Positions 51,480 through 64,000 of a stretch of 64,000 nt of DNA are shown here, piece after piece. The notes beneath the pieces were generated by a model. The model was not told the origin of the DNA. It searched no databases and saw only the letters and a list, made by a program, of their open reading frames with translations. The DNA is from Heterodontus francisci (Eukaryota). Position numbers and translations under genes: made by a program. Each line of letters begins with the position of its first letter. The stretch's first letter is position 1. The stretch covers positions 76,383,300-76,447,299 of the forward strand of contig NC_090387.1 in NCBI RefSeq assembly GCF_036365525.1, written 5' to 3'.

Positions 51480-52190
51480 AAGAACAAAGAACAAAGAACA
51501 AAGAAAATTACAGCACAGGAACAGGCCCCTCGGCCCTCCAAGCCTGCGCCGATCCAGATCCTCTATCTAAACATGTCGCCTATTTTCTATGGGTCTGTAT
51601 CTCTTTGCTTGCTGCCCATTCATGCATCTGTCTAGATATATCTTAAAAGACGCTATCGGGCCCGCGTCTACCACCTCCGCTGGCAACGCGTTCCAGGCAC
51701 CCACCACCCTCTGCGTAAAGAACTTTCCACGCATATGCCCCCTAAACCTTTCCCCTCTCACTTTGTAATTGAATCCCCCACTCTGGGAAAAAGCTTCTAG
51801 CTATCCACCCTGTCTATACCTCTCATGATTTTGTACACCTCAATCAGGTCCCCCCTCAACCTCCATCTTTCTAATGAAAATAATCCTAATCTGCTCAACC
51901 TCACTTCATAGCTAGCGCCCTCCATACCAGGCAACATCCTGGTGAACCTCCTCTGCACCCTCTCCAAAGCATCGACATCCTTTTGGTAATGTGGCGACCA
52001 GAACTGCACGCAGTATTCCAAATGTGGCCGAACCAAAGTCTTATACAACTGTAACATGACCTGCCAACCCTTGTACTCAATACCCCGTCCGATGAAGGAA
52101 AGCATGCCGTATGCCTTCTTGACCACTCTATTGACCTGCGTTGCCACCTTCAGGGAACAATGGACCTGAACACCCAAATCTCTCTGACAG
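51480..52190 (-). mobile_element. CR1 LINE 3' end with (agaacaa)n tail
   Basis: ORFs 51797-52207 and 51567-51761; same tail type as the nested 45201-46312 element. Confidence 0.92.
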
Positions 52191-52537
52191 TGCACATTGT
52201 CAATCATTTGTAAGTTTATAGCTTTAGGTCAAAAGCACAGCATAGAGTGAAATTCAACTTTCGGGCAGGTGCAATACGGGTGATAGTAGATCAATTGCCT
52301 GTTATACCCCCTGCTCAAAATCAGGTGGGATGTGAAATATGTGGATGGATCATCAACTGCCGCCTCTTTTGCACCTAGCTGAAGTTTACTTTCATCATTT
52401 CCCATGACATTCTTGAGCTATTTTGTATAACTTTAACACTTTTATATCTTTTGCATGATAGATCCTCTCAATGCTTCAACATTTGCCGGAGTACAAGGAA
52501 TGTCAGCATCCTTAAAGGTTTTACCCTTGGTCAGCAT

Positions 52538-53935
52538 AATAAGAATATAGGTATAGGAGCAGGAATAGGCCATAGAGCCCCTCGAACCTGCTCTGCAATT
52601 CAACAATATCTTCTACATCAATTGCACTTTCCTGCCCTGTCCCTTTGATTCCCTTTGTGCCCCAAAACTTATCAATATCAGCCTTGAATATACTCAGTGA
52701 CTGAGCATCGAGAGCCCTCTGGGGTAGAGGATTCCAAAGATTCACAACCCTTTGAGCGAAGAAATTTCTCATCCCATTCCTAAGTGACTGTCCCCTTATC
52801 GTGAGACAATGACCTGGAGTTCTAAATTCTCCAGTCAGGAGAAACAGCCTCTCTGCATCTACCTTATCACTTCACCGCCTCTAACAATTTTATTAGTTTC
52901 AGTTAGTCCACCTCTCATTCTTCTGAACTCCAGAGAATATAGACGCATAGAAACATAGAAAATAAGAGCAGGAGTAGGCCATTCGGCCCTGCGAACCTAC
53001 TCCGCTAATCATTATGATCATGGCTGATCATCCAACTCAGTAACCTGTTCCCACTTCCCTCGCATATCATTTGATCCCTTTCACTCCAAGAGCGATATCT
53101 AACCCCGTCTTGAAAACATACAATGTTTTGGCCTTAACTGCTTTCTGTGGTAGCTAATTCCACAGGCTCACCACTCTCTGGTGAAGAAATGTCTCCTCAT
53201 CTCAGTCCTGATAGGTTTACCCCGTATCCTTGGACTATGACCCCTGGTTCTGGACTCCACCACCATTCGGGAACATCCTTTCTGTACCTACCCTGTCAAG
53301 TCCTGTTAGAATTTTAGAGGTTTCTTTGAGACCACCACCCCCCGCCCCCCGCTCCCCACCCCCCACTCACTCTTCTGAACTCCAGTGAATATAATCCGAA
53401 GCGACTCAATCTCTCCTCACAGCCTTCTCATCCCAGGAATCAATCTACTGAACCTTCATTACACTCCCGCTAAGACAAGTATATTCTTCCTTAGGTAAGG
53501 AGAGCAAAACTGTACACAGTACTCCAGGTGCGGTCTCACCAAAGCCCAATATAATTATATAAAACATCGTACTTTTATATTCCAATTCCCTTGCAATAAG
53601 TGCGAGCATACAATTTGCTTTCTACATTGCTTGTAATACCTGCATCTTAACTTTCTGTGATTCATGTACAAAAACATCTCAATCGCTTTGAATATCAACG
53701 TTTACCAGTTTCTCACCTTTTAAAAAATATTCTGCCTTTCTATTCTCCGTACCAAAGTCGATACTTTAGTATACTCCATCTGCCATGTTCCTGCCCAATC
53801 AATTAACAGGTCCATATCTTTTTGCAGCCTCTTTTCACTGTCTTCACAGCTTACTGTCCCGCCTAGAGTTTTATCATAAAGAAAATTAGATGCATTACAT
53901 TCAGTCCCCTCATCTAAGTAACTAATATAGATTGC
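52538..53935 (-). mobile_element. Stacked or nested CR1 fragments
   Basis: Two CR1 3' UTRs (about 52540 and 52950, catagaaa tail) with ORF2 remnants. Confidence 0.8.
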
Positions 53936-54371
53936 AGGATGTCATTTCCCCATATGATGATAAGATGCTTGTGGAAAAAATTGCCTGGCTGCTATTTTGA
54001 CTCTCGGTGTTATCCTCTATTTTAATACAGTTTAGTGCAATTTCACCCATTAAGTGCTGAGCAGAATTATTTTGTTGAGAAAAATTCTGCTATTCCTACT
54101 ATCCATAAAATGGTACTTAACATCTTGATGAGATTTTTGGCACAAACCAGACTGAGATGACTGATTGTATAACAGCAGCTTATGCTGACTTAGTTTTGGC
54201 ATTATTTGAAGTGAATTTTTATCCAGTAGTGTTGGAGGGTATTAGTTCAAGTATCCCCTTGCATAATCAATGGGTAATATAGCTGAACACTCCTGAAATA
54301 GCCTCTGTGAGGAACCTTTTACTGAGAGAAATATCGTGCCTAACCTGTAAGTGTATATATTCTGTTCTTAA

Positions 54372-54479
<108 letters not shown>

Positions 54480-56799
54480 TAAGACAGACAGACTGTGTGT
54501 GCATATGCCTGGACATGTGCTTGCATTCACACAAGCTCTGAAATACTTTAAATAAAGGCACTCTTAAGATGAAGACTGCATTGAGAAAGAAGAGCTTGTA
54601 TTAATGTCGTACTACTCACTTCCTTTGGACTTCTGAAAACACTTCACAGCGAATTAATACTGTATAATGTGAGCAAGCGCAACAGTCAATTTGTACACAG
54701 CACAAAAAATGAGCAGCAATGAGATAAATGTGTTTGTGTCATTGGTTGAGAGATAAATATTGACCACAACCATGGAAGTTCCTTGCTATTCATCAATTAA
54801 TGCCACGTGACCTTATGATCAGACAGACAGCGCCTCGGTCAATGTCTTATCTGAAAGGTTGCATTGCTGACAGTGCAGCATTACCTCAGTGCTGCATTAA
54901 AGTCAGCGCAAGTTATATGCGTAAGTTACTTGGCAAAGAGCTTGAACTGCCTGACTGAGGCATGAGTGGTGCCATAGCTGATGTCTGAATGAACAAAGTC
55001 TGCCTGAAGACGTCCCCCTTCTCCCTCGCCAAAAACAAAACAGTTGCCAGTTGACCCAGCATGTTCTAAGTGATGGTAACTATCTGAAATCATCGAATTG
55101 AGTATTTATGATGTGGGGGATACATTGCTGTTGTATTAATGATCCACAAGTTTTATTCTGGTATTTTTCTGAGCTGTCATACTAGTGGAACTCTACTTTC
55201 ATTTATTTAAAAAAATCTTGAAATAGTTTTTATCTTTCCGTACAAGCTTTGGCCATAAATATCCCTTACTTCAGGTTTCATTTAACAGAGACTCCCTGAC
55301 ACTTCCCTTAAGTGGCTAACTTATGATGCGCGTGACTGTCCGAAGGCTGACTTGCGGAACAAAATAGCCAAGCCCAATCTTGTTCCCTTTTGTCATGCAC
55401 ACGCATTTTTCATAAAGATCATTGGGTTAGAAGTGATGGAATCCTGATTCTTTCTCCTGTCCCCTTCCTATTCCAGGGAGTCTGCCTTAGCTGGGGTCAT
55501 ACAACTCAACCCTGATTGAATGTAGGATTTTCCAGTTTTTTTGTGTTTGAAGGATGAATGCTCTACTTGGGTTTCAGAACATTGTGTAACTGAGCCCAAA
55601 CCTGTCTTCTTTCAAGATCCACCTATGGCGACCTTCTAACAGGAATTGTGGGCCATTGATGATAATTGAGCTTCTTCTTTAGCTTGGGGGCACTAAGGTT
55701 AGTTTTGCCATTCCCACCCCACCCCTTCTCCCTCTCCCTCAGCCACCTCCAGTTTAGGTCACTAACTGCACAATCTGTTAATCTAACTGTCTGGCTGGCG
55801 AGTTAGTTAGGCTCAATTATAGATTATCCTCAATCTTAATGGACACGCATCGTATGACATGTGCAGTTTTTTTTCAGCACACTACTTCAGCTGAACCTTG
55901 AGCCCTTTCAGTTGCTGGAGGTGTAAGCTGATGACACTTGGTGAATGACTGACAGGACCAGTAGTCTATATTCTTAGTCAACGAGATTTGAGGTTGAAGA
56001 AAGGAACGAACGACTGACGAGGGTGAATTGAAGTGGGTGAATTAAATTCAATTCAAGTGCAGGAAGGGAAATAAAGATTACATTGAGAGAAGCGGCAGAT
56101 ATTATAAATCTAGAATTTGCTACATGCAAGAATGATGCTTAATTTAAATTTTTCCCTTTCAAGGCTGGAGAGATTGATTGCCATTGCATTAACAATTATC
56201 CCATGTTAAAAGAATACTTGAGCTTTTAAGTATGAGCCCTACCTTTCTGCGGAAAGGTTAATGTGCAATTACAGCAAGTTGTGAAAAATAACGTAATGTT
56301 GAGCGTGATCTGGCACGAGTGAAAGGCAAACGTCTCCGCGATCGAAAGTGACCAGTCCGTGTCCCTTTGCCTTTAATTTTCTGGCAGATTTGTGCATTAA
56401 GATAATAAGGTTTGATAGGATAGACATAAAGACGTTATTTCCACTGAGTGGGGATGGAAATCTCGGGCCGACTTTAAATGATACTCAATATAGAATCTGG
56501 GGGAAACATCTTTACCCAGAAAATTGTTAGAATGTGGAACCCTACCACAAGGAATGGTTAAGGCAAATAACACACATGCATTTAAGGGGAAGCTAGATAA
56601 ACATGAGGGAAAAATGAATAGAGGCTTTTGGCATAATTTTGGACAGAGTGGCGGGAGGGAGGTTTGTGTGGAGCATAAATGCCAGTATGAACCAGTTGTT
56701 TAAAGTAGCCTGTTTCTGTGCTGCACATTCGATGTAAGAAAGGCATTTTGTTGTGAACCTACTGTTTTCCTGCAAGATTTGGGTTGCTGTCTTTGCTAG

Positions 56800-57012
<213 letters not shown>

Positions 57013-57394
57013 TAATTCGGTAACACATGCACATGCTACTGGTTCATTGAGACCTCCAGATTGTTGAAAACTTAATGGTTTGGTAGAGGAATTAGCACTG
57101 ATTTTATTTTTATATGGATTGGGAAGGTCAAAAACAGCGTCGTATGGAAATGGGCTTAACAGGCCTGTGGATAATAAATGTGCCAGTCATGAATCTGATC
57201 CCTACTGACGTGTGTTGATCCTAATGTTCGCCTATCTTGCTCATTAAAAGTAAGACTTGCGGAGGGTGTAGTGAAGGCTTACCTGGAAAATTGAGCAATG
57301 TTGCAGTTTTGTCTCTTTGAAATCTTTTCCTTGTTTCTGGCTGAACAGTTTTCTTGGGCAAACTGAAAACATTCTTTATTCTTTGCCCTACTTG

Positions 57395-58030
57395 GATTAG
57401 TAACAGGAGTCGGCCATGCAGCCGCTTGAGCCAGTTCTGTCATTGTAATATAATGGCTGATCTACAACTTAACTCCACATGTCTGCCTTTGCTCTATATC
57501 CCATAATGCCTTTGGTTAACAAAAGTCTTATCAGTCTCAGAGCCTAAATGTAACAATTGATCTAGCATCAATTGCTGTTTACAGGAGAGAGTTCCAAACA
57601 CTTTTTTGTGTGTGCGCAAGTGTTGCCTAACTTCATTCCTGAAACGCATGCTTCTAATTTATAGACTATGCCCCCTTGTCCAGGACTCCACAACCGGCGG
57701 AAATAGTTTTTCTCTGAGCTCTTTGCTACACTCATCTCGCAAAATTTGATCAAATCACCCTTTAATGGTCTAAATTTCAGGAATACAAACCTATTTTGTG
57801 GAATTTAGCCCGTAGAATGTTTTGTGAAATCAGTGTCGCACTCCCTCCAAGGTCATTATATCCTTCCTGAGGGGAGCTGATCAGCACTGCTCACAGTACT
57901 CCGTGTGTGGTCTATCCAGGTCTTTATATGGTTGCAGCATAACTTCTGCTCCCTTGTTTTTCCAGTTGTGTAGATATAAAGACCACTATCCCATTTGCCT
58001 TTTCGAATATTTTCTGTACCTGTTCATGAA
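57395..58030 (-). mobile_element. CR1 fragment (old)
   Basis: CR1 3' UTR and ORF2 remnant on the minus strand. Confidence 0.7.
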
Positions 58031-59090
58031 GTATTAACCGACATATTGTCTCGACAGTAAGAATTAAATCTGATTCTAGTAACTTACTTAGAGAATATAA
58101 AGAGTGCTTGTGTCAATCCCCTGAGGACAGAATATATCCTGCCAGATTATTTTTATAAATTGCTGTTCTGAGTTTATTTGCAAGTCAGATTTCCATAAAT
58201 CAAGGTACATGGGCAATGTAGATAACAAAGGTGAAGATGCCATTTTCAGAAAGCTGTCTGCACAGCAGCTTGTGACCATTTCTTTGGGTGAATTGATGGA
58301 GCCTTCTTTTCTTGGTTTGCAGTCTGCAGTCTTTACTGATATAATGGCATGCTTGGAATGAGATCTTTAGCTTCCAGGCTCTGAGCTAAAGACATCAGAA
58401 CTTAAGCTAGCAGTCCGCAATGGAATACTTATTCAGTGATCTAGCCTTTGATTGAAAGGTAATTTTTGAAGTGGTAAAGTAACAAGCAAGTGAGCTATTA
58501 AGTCTTTGGATCTTTGCAGCTGATGTCTTGAGCAGTTCTTTTTGGCAATTTTTACCCCACCTGCTTGTTTTCTTTTATGGATCACAGAAGTTGGTCAATG
58601 CATAACATGTTTTAAGTTGATGTCCCGGGCATTAAAGTTTCCTAATCACATTTCTTGGTTCATGGGATGTGCATCTCTTCCATTTCTATCTTAATGACTG
58701 GTTGGTTCCATTTTGACCTGATGACTTGAAATTATGCTGGAAAATAGATAGACATTCTGATTTGGGATAGTCACTTCCCCCGTACATCACCCAGACACTT
58801 CCTGTGGACACATGCATCAAAATTTGCTGAAGCAGGGCATCTTGTGGCCTGCCTGCTTAGTGAAACCTTTTCATGTACACTTCAGTTGATTTTTGTGCCT
58901 GGTAATTGGAGGTATGAGCTGATAACAGAACAAGGGCAACTTGGTTTCTGATACTTTGGCGAACAACAGGGCCAAGTGTATCTTAACCAATGAGTTGGAA
59001 GGATTGAGAAAGAGAAATGACTGAAAAAGGGGGTAAATTAGAGTGAGTGAATTCAGTGTCAAATCAGAAAGGTAAAGAAAGATTAGATTG

Positions 59091-60069
59091 TGTCATGATT
59101 CTGTAGTTTTTTTTCCAGGAACATGCAGTTTGCCTTTAAGGCTTGCAAAAGATCAGTATTGCTTTAAGAAATAGCAGGCCTCAGGAGTTATAGGAAGGTG
59201 CATCTTCATTGCCTTAGAAACAGCCATTTGGAGACAGTGATTCCAAGCGTGCAGTCTTATTACCATAGATACAGCTACTGGGAGTGAGTATTAAGCGATA
59301 TATTTGTTATAATTCAATTTTGAACTGCCTTTTTAGTTGAAGACAGTTTGTTCTAACAGAACACAGACACAGAGGACACACAGACAGATAGCTGTGGTGT
59401 TTAGCATCTGCAAAAGAGCTCTCAACCATTTAAATTGAAGTAATAGGATTTTAGTCTGTTTATTATTATTTCTCAAAATTCTAAAAAATGACAAGCTAAA
59501 ACAGAGATCGCTGGTAATTAAAATGAAGGAAGGGAAGTTAGACTGTGACAATCTTTTATCCCTCAAAAACTCTGAAGTCAGATTGATTCTACTGAAAGTG
59601 TTTGCAATCGTTAATTTTTGAATTTCGCTGGAGAAGGAAAGCATCACCTACTGCTGGAGTTAGACTACGGACTGTTCTACTGTGGAACAACTTTCTCCCC
59701 CCATCGGACAGCTGTGAGGACTTCAAGCAACATTCTGTGAGGACTTCAAGCAACACTGGACTGTAAATTTGCAAAGACTTTAAATTTTTTCTATATTAAA
59801 TGTTGTTTATATATTCATAGCATTTAAGAAGTTAGTTCTTCTAATTAAAGAGTTAATTTATTGAATAAAGACACCTGGTTTGGTTAGCCTCATTCGGGGG
59901 TTAATAGATGGTTCAATTTGGCTGGGTCTTTCTTTAATTTGTAAAGTTTTCAATGATATGTTAGGCGATCTGAGGAGTGACAGGATTGAATTAACAGTGC
60001 ATTGGTCCCACTACAATCAGAATCATATATTTTGATTGGGGGCTTTGACAGGAGCGATCGGTCATAACA
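59091..60069. mobile_element. Solo LTR in the last NUDT21-pseudogene intron
   Basis: TGTCATGA...TCATAACA termini with a 4-bp TSD attg/attg; homologous to 8476-9316 and 37911-38793; internal 23-bp tandem duplication at 59712-59757. Confidence 0.8.
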
Positions 60070-63000
60070 ATTGAAAGACAAGAAAATGGAAAACAAAATA
60101 AAATGACATAAAATCTTCCATTCAATACCTGAAGGAACAAAACTCCATGTCTTTAATTACTTTCTAGGCTAAAGGTTGATTGGCAGTCATTCAAAATTAT
60201 CACATCATTAAAAGAGTACTTGCATTAGTAACAATTACCAGACTTAACTTCTTGTGCTGAGTTTAATGAGCAATTAATATGCAAATGCAGCAACTTCATG
60301 AAACCAGAGACGAGGGTTCCCTGAAGCTCGTCAAGGAGTGGTGCAAATTGTCCAGTGACTTACAGGAATTCACAATTCAAGTAATATTTTCCTCGCCACA
60401 AATTTCTAAGCAATTTTCATACTAATGTTGTGTGTCAGTCGCACTGTTTTTTTCAATAAATTCTAGCCCAATAAAGAATTGAATATTTTTCATAAGCTTT
60501 AGAGGTGAAGACCTCCAGAAAAGGTTCCATGTCTACACCATTCTTTTTGTTTTATGATTTGTTTTGCTGTGGTTTTTAATTTGCTTTGTGCCAGGAATAA
60601 GTTGCCTTTTAAAACCATTTCTAGGAGCAAAGTTCAACTCTCTCTAGAGGGTTCCAATTCAAGTCAGGTTGGCTGCTTCAGTACATACAATTGTGCAACC
60701 TCAAGCCTGAGACCCAACTCATCTAATGCCGTTTGTTTTTTTAATTAAAAAAAGAATTTTATCCTTTTTGATACTCTTCGGTTTAATTGCATTGTTCATG
60801 TTTAATATTTTTGACATATTGCAATGAATGCTCACTTTTCAGTGCACTAAAATTCTCTAGCATTTTAAAATTCAGTTGAATTTTATTTATAATTGAAGTT
60901 TATGGACGTGTCAGATGCAAGATGATGGTGGCCAAATGGGTCCAGTTTCCATGGGTCCAGTTTCCCTGAGCATCTTCAAGCATGGCTTCCATCAGCCACA
61001 GACTTTAATCACTTCATCAGTTCTTCAAACCAAACCCAGTGGCATTTTGCAGCATATGCCATGACTTTGTTGATGCTCAATTGGGATTAAACTCAACTAG
61101 ACACCAACGATGAAGCCAAGGAACTGAACTGGCGTTTTTTAAAAACATGCTTCTTTCCGCTCGTGTGTAATTGTTTGCATTTTCGACATTATTAAATAGT
61201 CAAAGAAACCTTTATTTCCTGAGGGTTTTAATTTGTGCATTTTGTTTCACCCTGTTCATTTTGAGTTCAAATTTGTAATTGGATTTAGCAGTTAAAACCT
61301 AGTTGGACTGTCAAAAATTCACTCGTCCAATTCTGCTGCTTTAGTTTGTATGGTAGAAACATGACGTTTTTAATCTCGTCTTTTGTGGCAGTAGTTTTCT
61401 CCTCCAACTCAAGCCGCATACAGGTTTGGTCTGCTTTATGATCTGATCTTGAACTCTGACCCTAGGTTTATACTTTTGGTTGAGATGTTAACTCTTTCCT
61501 GTTTTAATGAAAATACTCATACTTTCTTTTAGCTGTATCATACACACTATGGCAGAGGTGTGCAAATGATCTGACTGCAGTTAGTTTATGGGCCTGTCCA
61601 ATTTGCTGCAGTATCTGCTGGGTGTTAAATAGATTTTGTGTGTAATCTAATCTTCATAAAATTGAAATGTTCAGAATAAGTGAAACCGCAGTAAATGTCA
61701 TTTTGCAGGCAGTCATAAGGCTGTATACAAATCTGCATGAAGTTGTTAGAATATATTTAAGTATCCGGTGGGGAGGCGGGCAGAGGGGTGGAGGAGGGGG
61801 GCAGCGCGAGGGGGGAGGGTGAAAATTCTTGAAGCCACAATGAAAAAAATCAATTTGAACTGCACTAGGATTAAGCTGGGTTCTGAAAATCTTTCACTTG
61901 ATGAGTGTAGCTTGGTCTTGAAAGGTAGTGAACAGCCAATGGGACCAGGTTAATGTCCTCAGTTGGTAATGGGTCTATCGTCCATTTTAACGTCAACCTT
62001 TAGTTCTAATTCTGAAGTTCTTCTGATTTTGGATTTTGTTTTTAAATATTTACACTGAAAATTGCAACATGGAAGGATTAAATATTTATTTCACACTATC
62101 TCAATGACTTGAAAATGACTTGAGTTCTCAGCAAGAGCCACGTGATCATTAAGAATATGGAAATGTTGGGATCATTGTAGTGTTGCACTTCATTGTACCA
62201 GTAGTTTGTGTTAGAACGTTACCTGTGGCAGATGCTGTGATATAGGTTTTAGAAGTGCTGTCACTTGGATTGTTGTGGGCATGTATAATTCATACTGGTT
62301 GTGTGCTGCATGCAATTATACAGTAATATATTTCCTTCCAAAGCCAGTCGATGCCTGGAGAGAGCTGTATAAACCGTCAAGTCGGGAGGTGAGAATGGGT
62401 CTGTCACTGCTGAGTGGTGAGAAAATGAGCTTGCATTGCCTAAGTAGTTCAAAGCATTTGGCTTAAATGGGGTGTCCCTGGAATTCAATGGTCTCTCACT
62501 GTAACCTTGGCAACCCATGAGATATGATAAATGGTTCTTTACACTCTATGGTACAAAAATGCTTGATAGCCTTGTGCTTCCACTACATTGCACCAAACTA
62601 TAGACCATTGATATGAATACTCTAACAGCTGACATGTTTATGTAAATGTTGGTCAGACTTTATATCCTATTCATGTAGTAAAGCTGAGCATTTTCTTCCA
62701 AATGCGTTGAAAAACCTCTGATTAAACCCCTCTATTGTTCATGGGGGCATTAAAACCTGGGCATAGATCTTGCGACTTTTTTCCTTCTGAGCATTTGTGT
62801 TCCTGAAAGTACCTTTCTAGACATAGTCGTGCTAACCTGGAAATAAACTGATTTACAATGGTGGAACCATGGGTCTACGTTCGAATTCTGTTAGAGCCAT
62901 TTATCGATCTACAGCTTATGTTTAAACTTTGCTGGGTTCAGCCAGTTGGCACATTTTGCCACACCAGAATGAAAGCTGCTCCATCTTGGACCACAGCCCG

Positions 63001-63156
63001 AGTGCATGTTAGCTGTGCTGTCTCTTTGACGCTGTTGGATCTATAGGGTTCGACTCCAATTGAGCTGTGTTTCTCCTGGAGTGACGACAAACAAGTTGTT
63101 TCTGTGTTTCAAGAGTTGCTGTCTGTACTGTATTCAACTCACCAGCTTGAGTAATA

Positions 63157-64000
63157 AACATAGGAACATAGGAAGATAGGAACAGGATTGGGCCATTCAG
63201 CCCCTCGAGCCTGTCCCGCCATTCAATGAGATCATGGCTGATCCGTGGCCTAACTCCATATACCTTCCTTTGGCCCATATTCCTTAATATCTTTGCTTAA
63301 CAAAAATCTATCTATCTCAGATTTAAAATTAACAACTGTTCTAGCTTCAACTGCTGTTTGTGGGAGAGAGTTTAAAACCTCTACCACTCTTTGCGTGAAG
63401 TAGTGCTTCCTAACATCTCTCCTGAACGGCCTGCTCCTAGTTTTTGGACTATGCCCACTAGTTTTTGGATTTCCAACCAGTGGAAATAGTCTTTTCCTGT
63501 TAATATCTTGGACCTCAATCAGATCACCCCTTAACCTTCTAAATTCTAGTGAAAACAGTCCTAAGTTGTGTAATCTCTCCTTGTAACTTAACCCCTGTAG
63601 TCATTCTTGTAAACATACGTTGCACTCCCTCCAAGGCCAATATATCCTTCCAAAGGTGTGGTGCCCAGAACTACTCACAGTATTCCAAGTGGGGTCTAAC
63701 CAGGGTTTTGTACAGCTGCAGGATAACCTCTCTGTCTTTCTACTTCAATCCTCTAGATATAAAGGCTAGCATTCCATTAACCTTTTTGATTATTTTCTGC
63801 ACTTGCTCGTGGCATTTTAAAGATCTATGCACCTGAACCCCCAAGTCTCTTTGGACATCCAGTGTATTTAACCTCTTCCCATTTAGAAAGTACCTTGCTC
63901 TATCCTTTTTTGATCCAAAATGGATAACCTCACACTTGCCCACATTGAAATCCATCTGCCACTGTTTTGCCCACTCACCGAGTGGGTCAATGTCTCTTTG
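63157..64000 (-). mobile_element. CR1 LINE 3' end running off the window
   Basis: FNVGKCEVIHFG...QRDLGVQVHRSLK with an (aacatagg)n tail. Confidence 0.9.

Noticed and set aside
60936-60965. 15-bp direct repeat atgggtccagtttcc x2 as a regulatory element
   Set aside because: A simple local tandem duplication in the pseudogene 3' region, with no evidence of function.

Overview
Repeat-rich vertebrate genomic DNA, most likely from a shark or other elasmobranch (HE1-like V-SINEs, SacSINE1-like DeuSINEs, abundant CR1 LINEs). It is not prokaryotic. The window holds part of a tandem immunoglobulin-superfamily receptor cluster on the minus strand. (1) One receptor gene is open across all five exons found (24627/24670 to 15910): a V domain with a germline-joined J-like motif, a C1 domain, a transmembrane (TM) segment with an Arg, and a cytoplasmic tail with two tyrosine motifs. 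Its architecture is SIRP/NKp30/antigen-receptor-like and non-rearranging. (2) A decayed paralog (leader-V-C1-TM-cytoplasmic exons, 48429 to about 39166) lies upstream. Its C1, TM and tail exons are also present in a second copy because of a ~15 kb segmental duplication (about 243-15425 vs 30166-44870) whose ends fall in CR1 elements. (3) A possible degenerate V relic lies on the + strand near 29.1-29.5 kb. The right third carries an intron-containing, 5'-truncated NUDT21 (CPSF5) pseudogene. One duplicate copy has a fold-back inversion plus a 49-bp triplication. Most ORFs in the supplied track are retroelement fragments or noise. Exon coordinates were read by hand from splice sites; repeat boundaries are approximate, and family names come from recalled consensus features rather than a database search.
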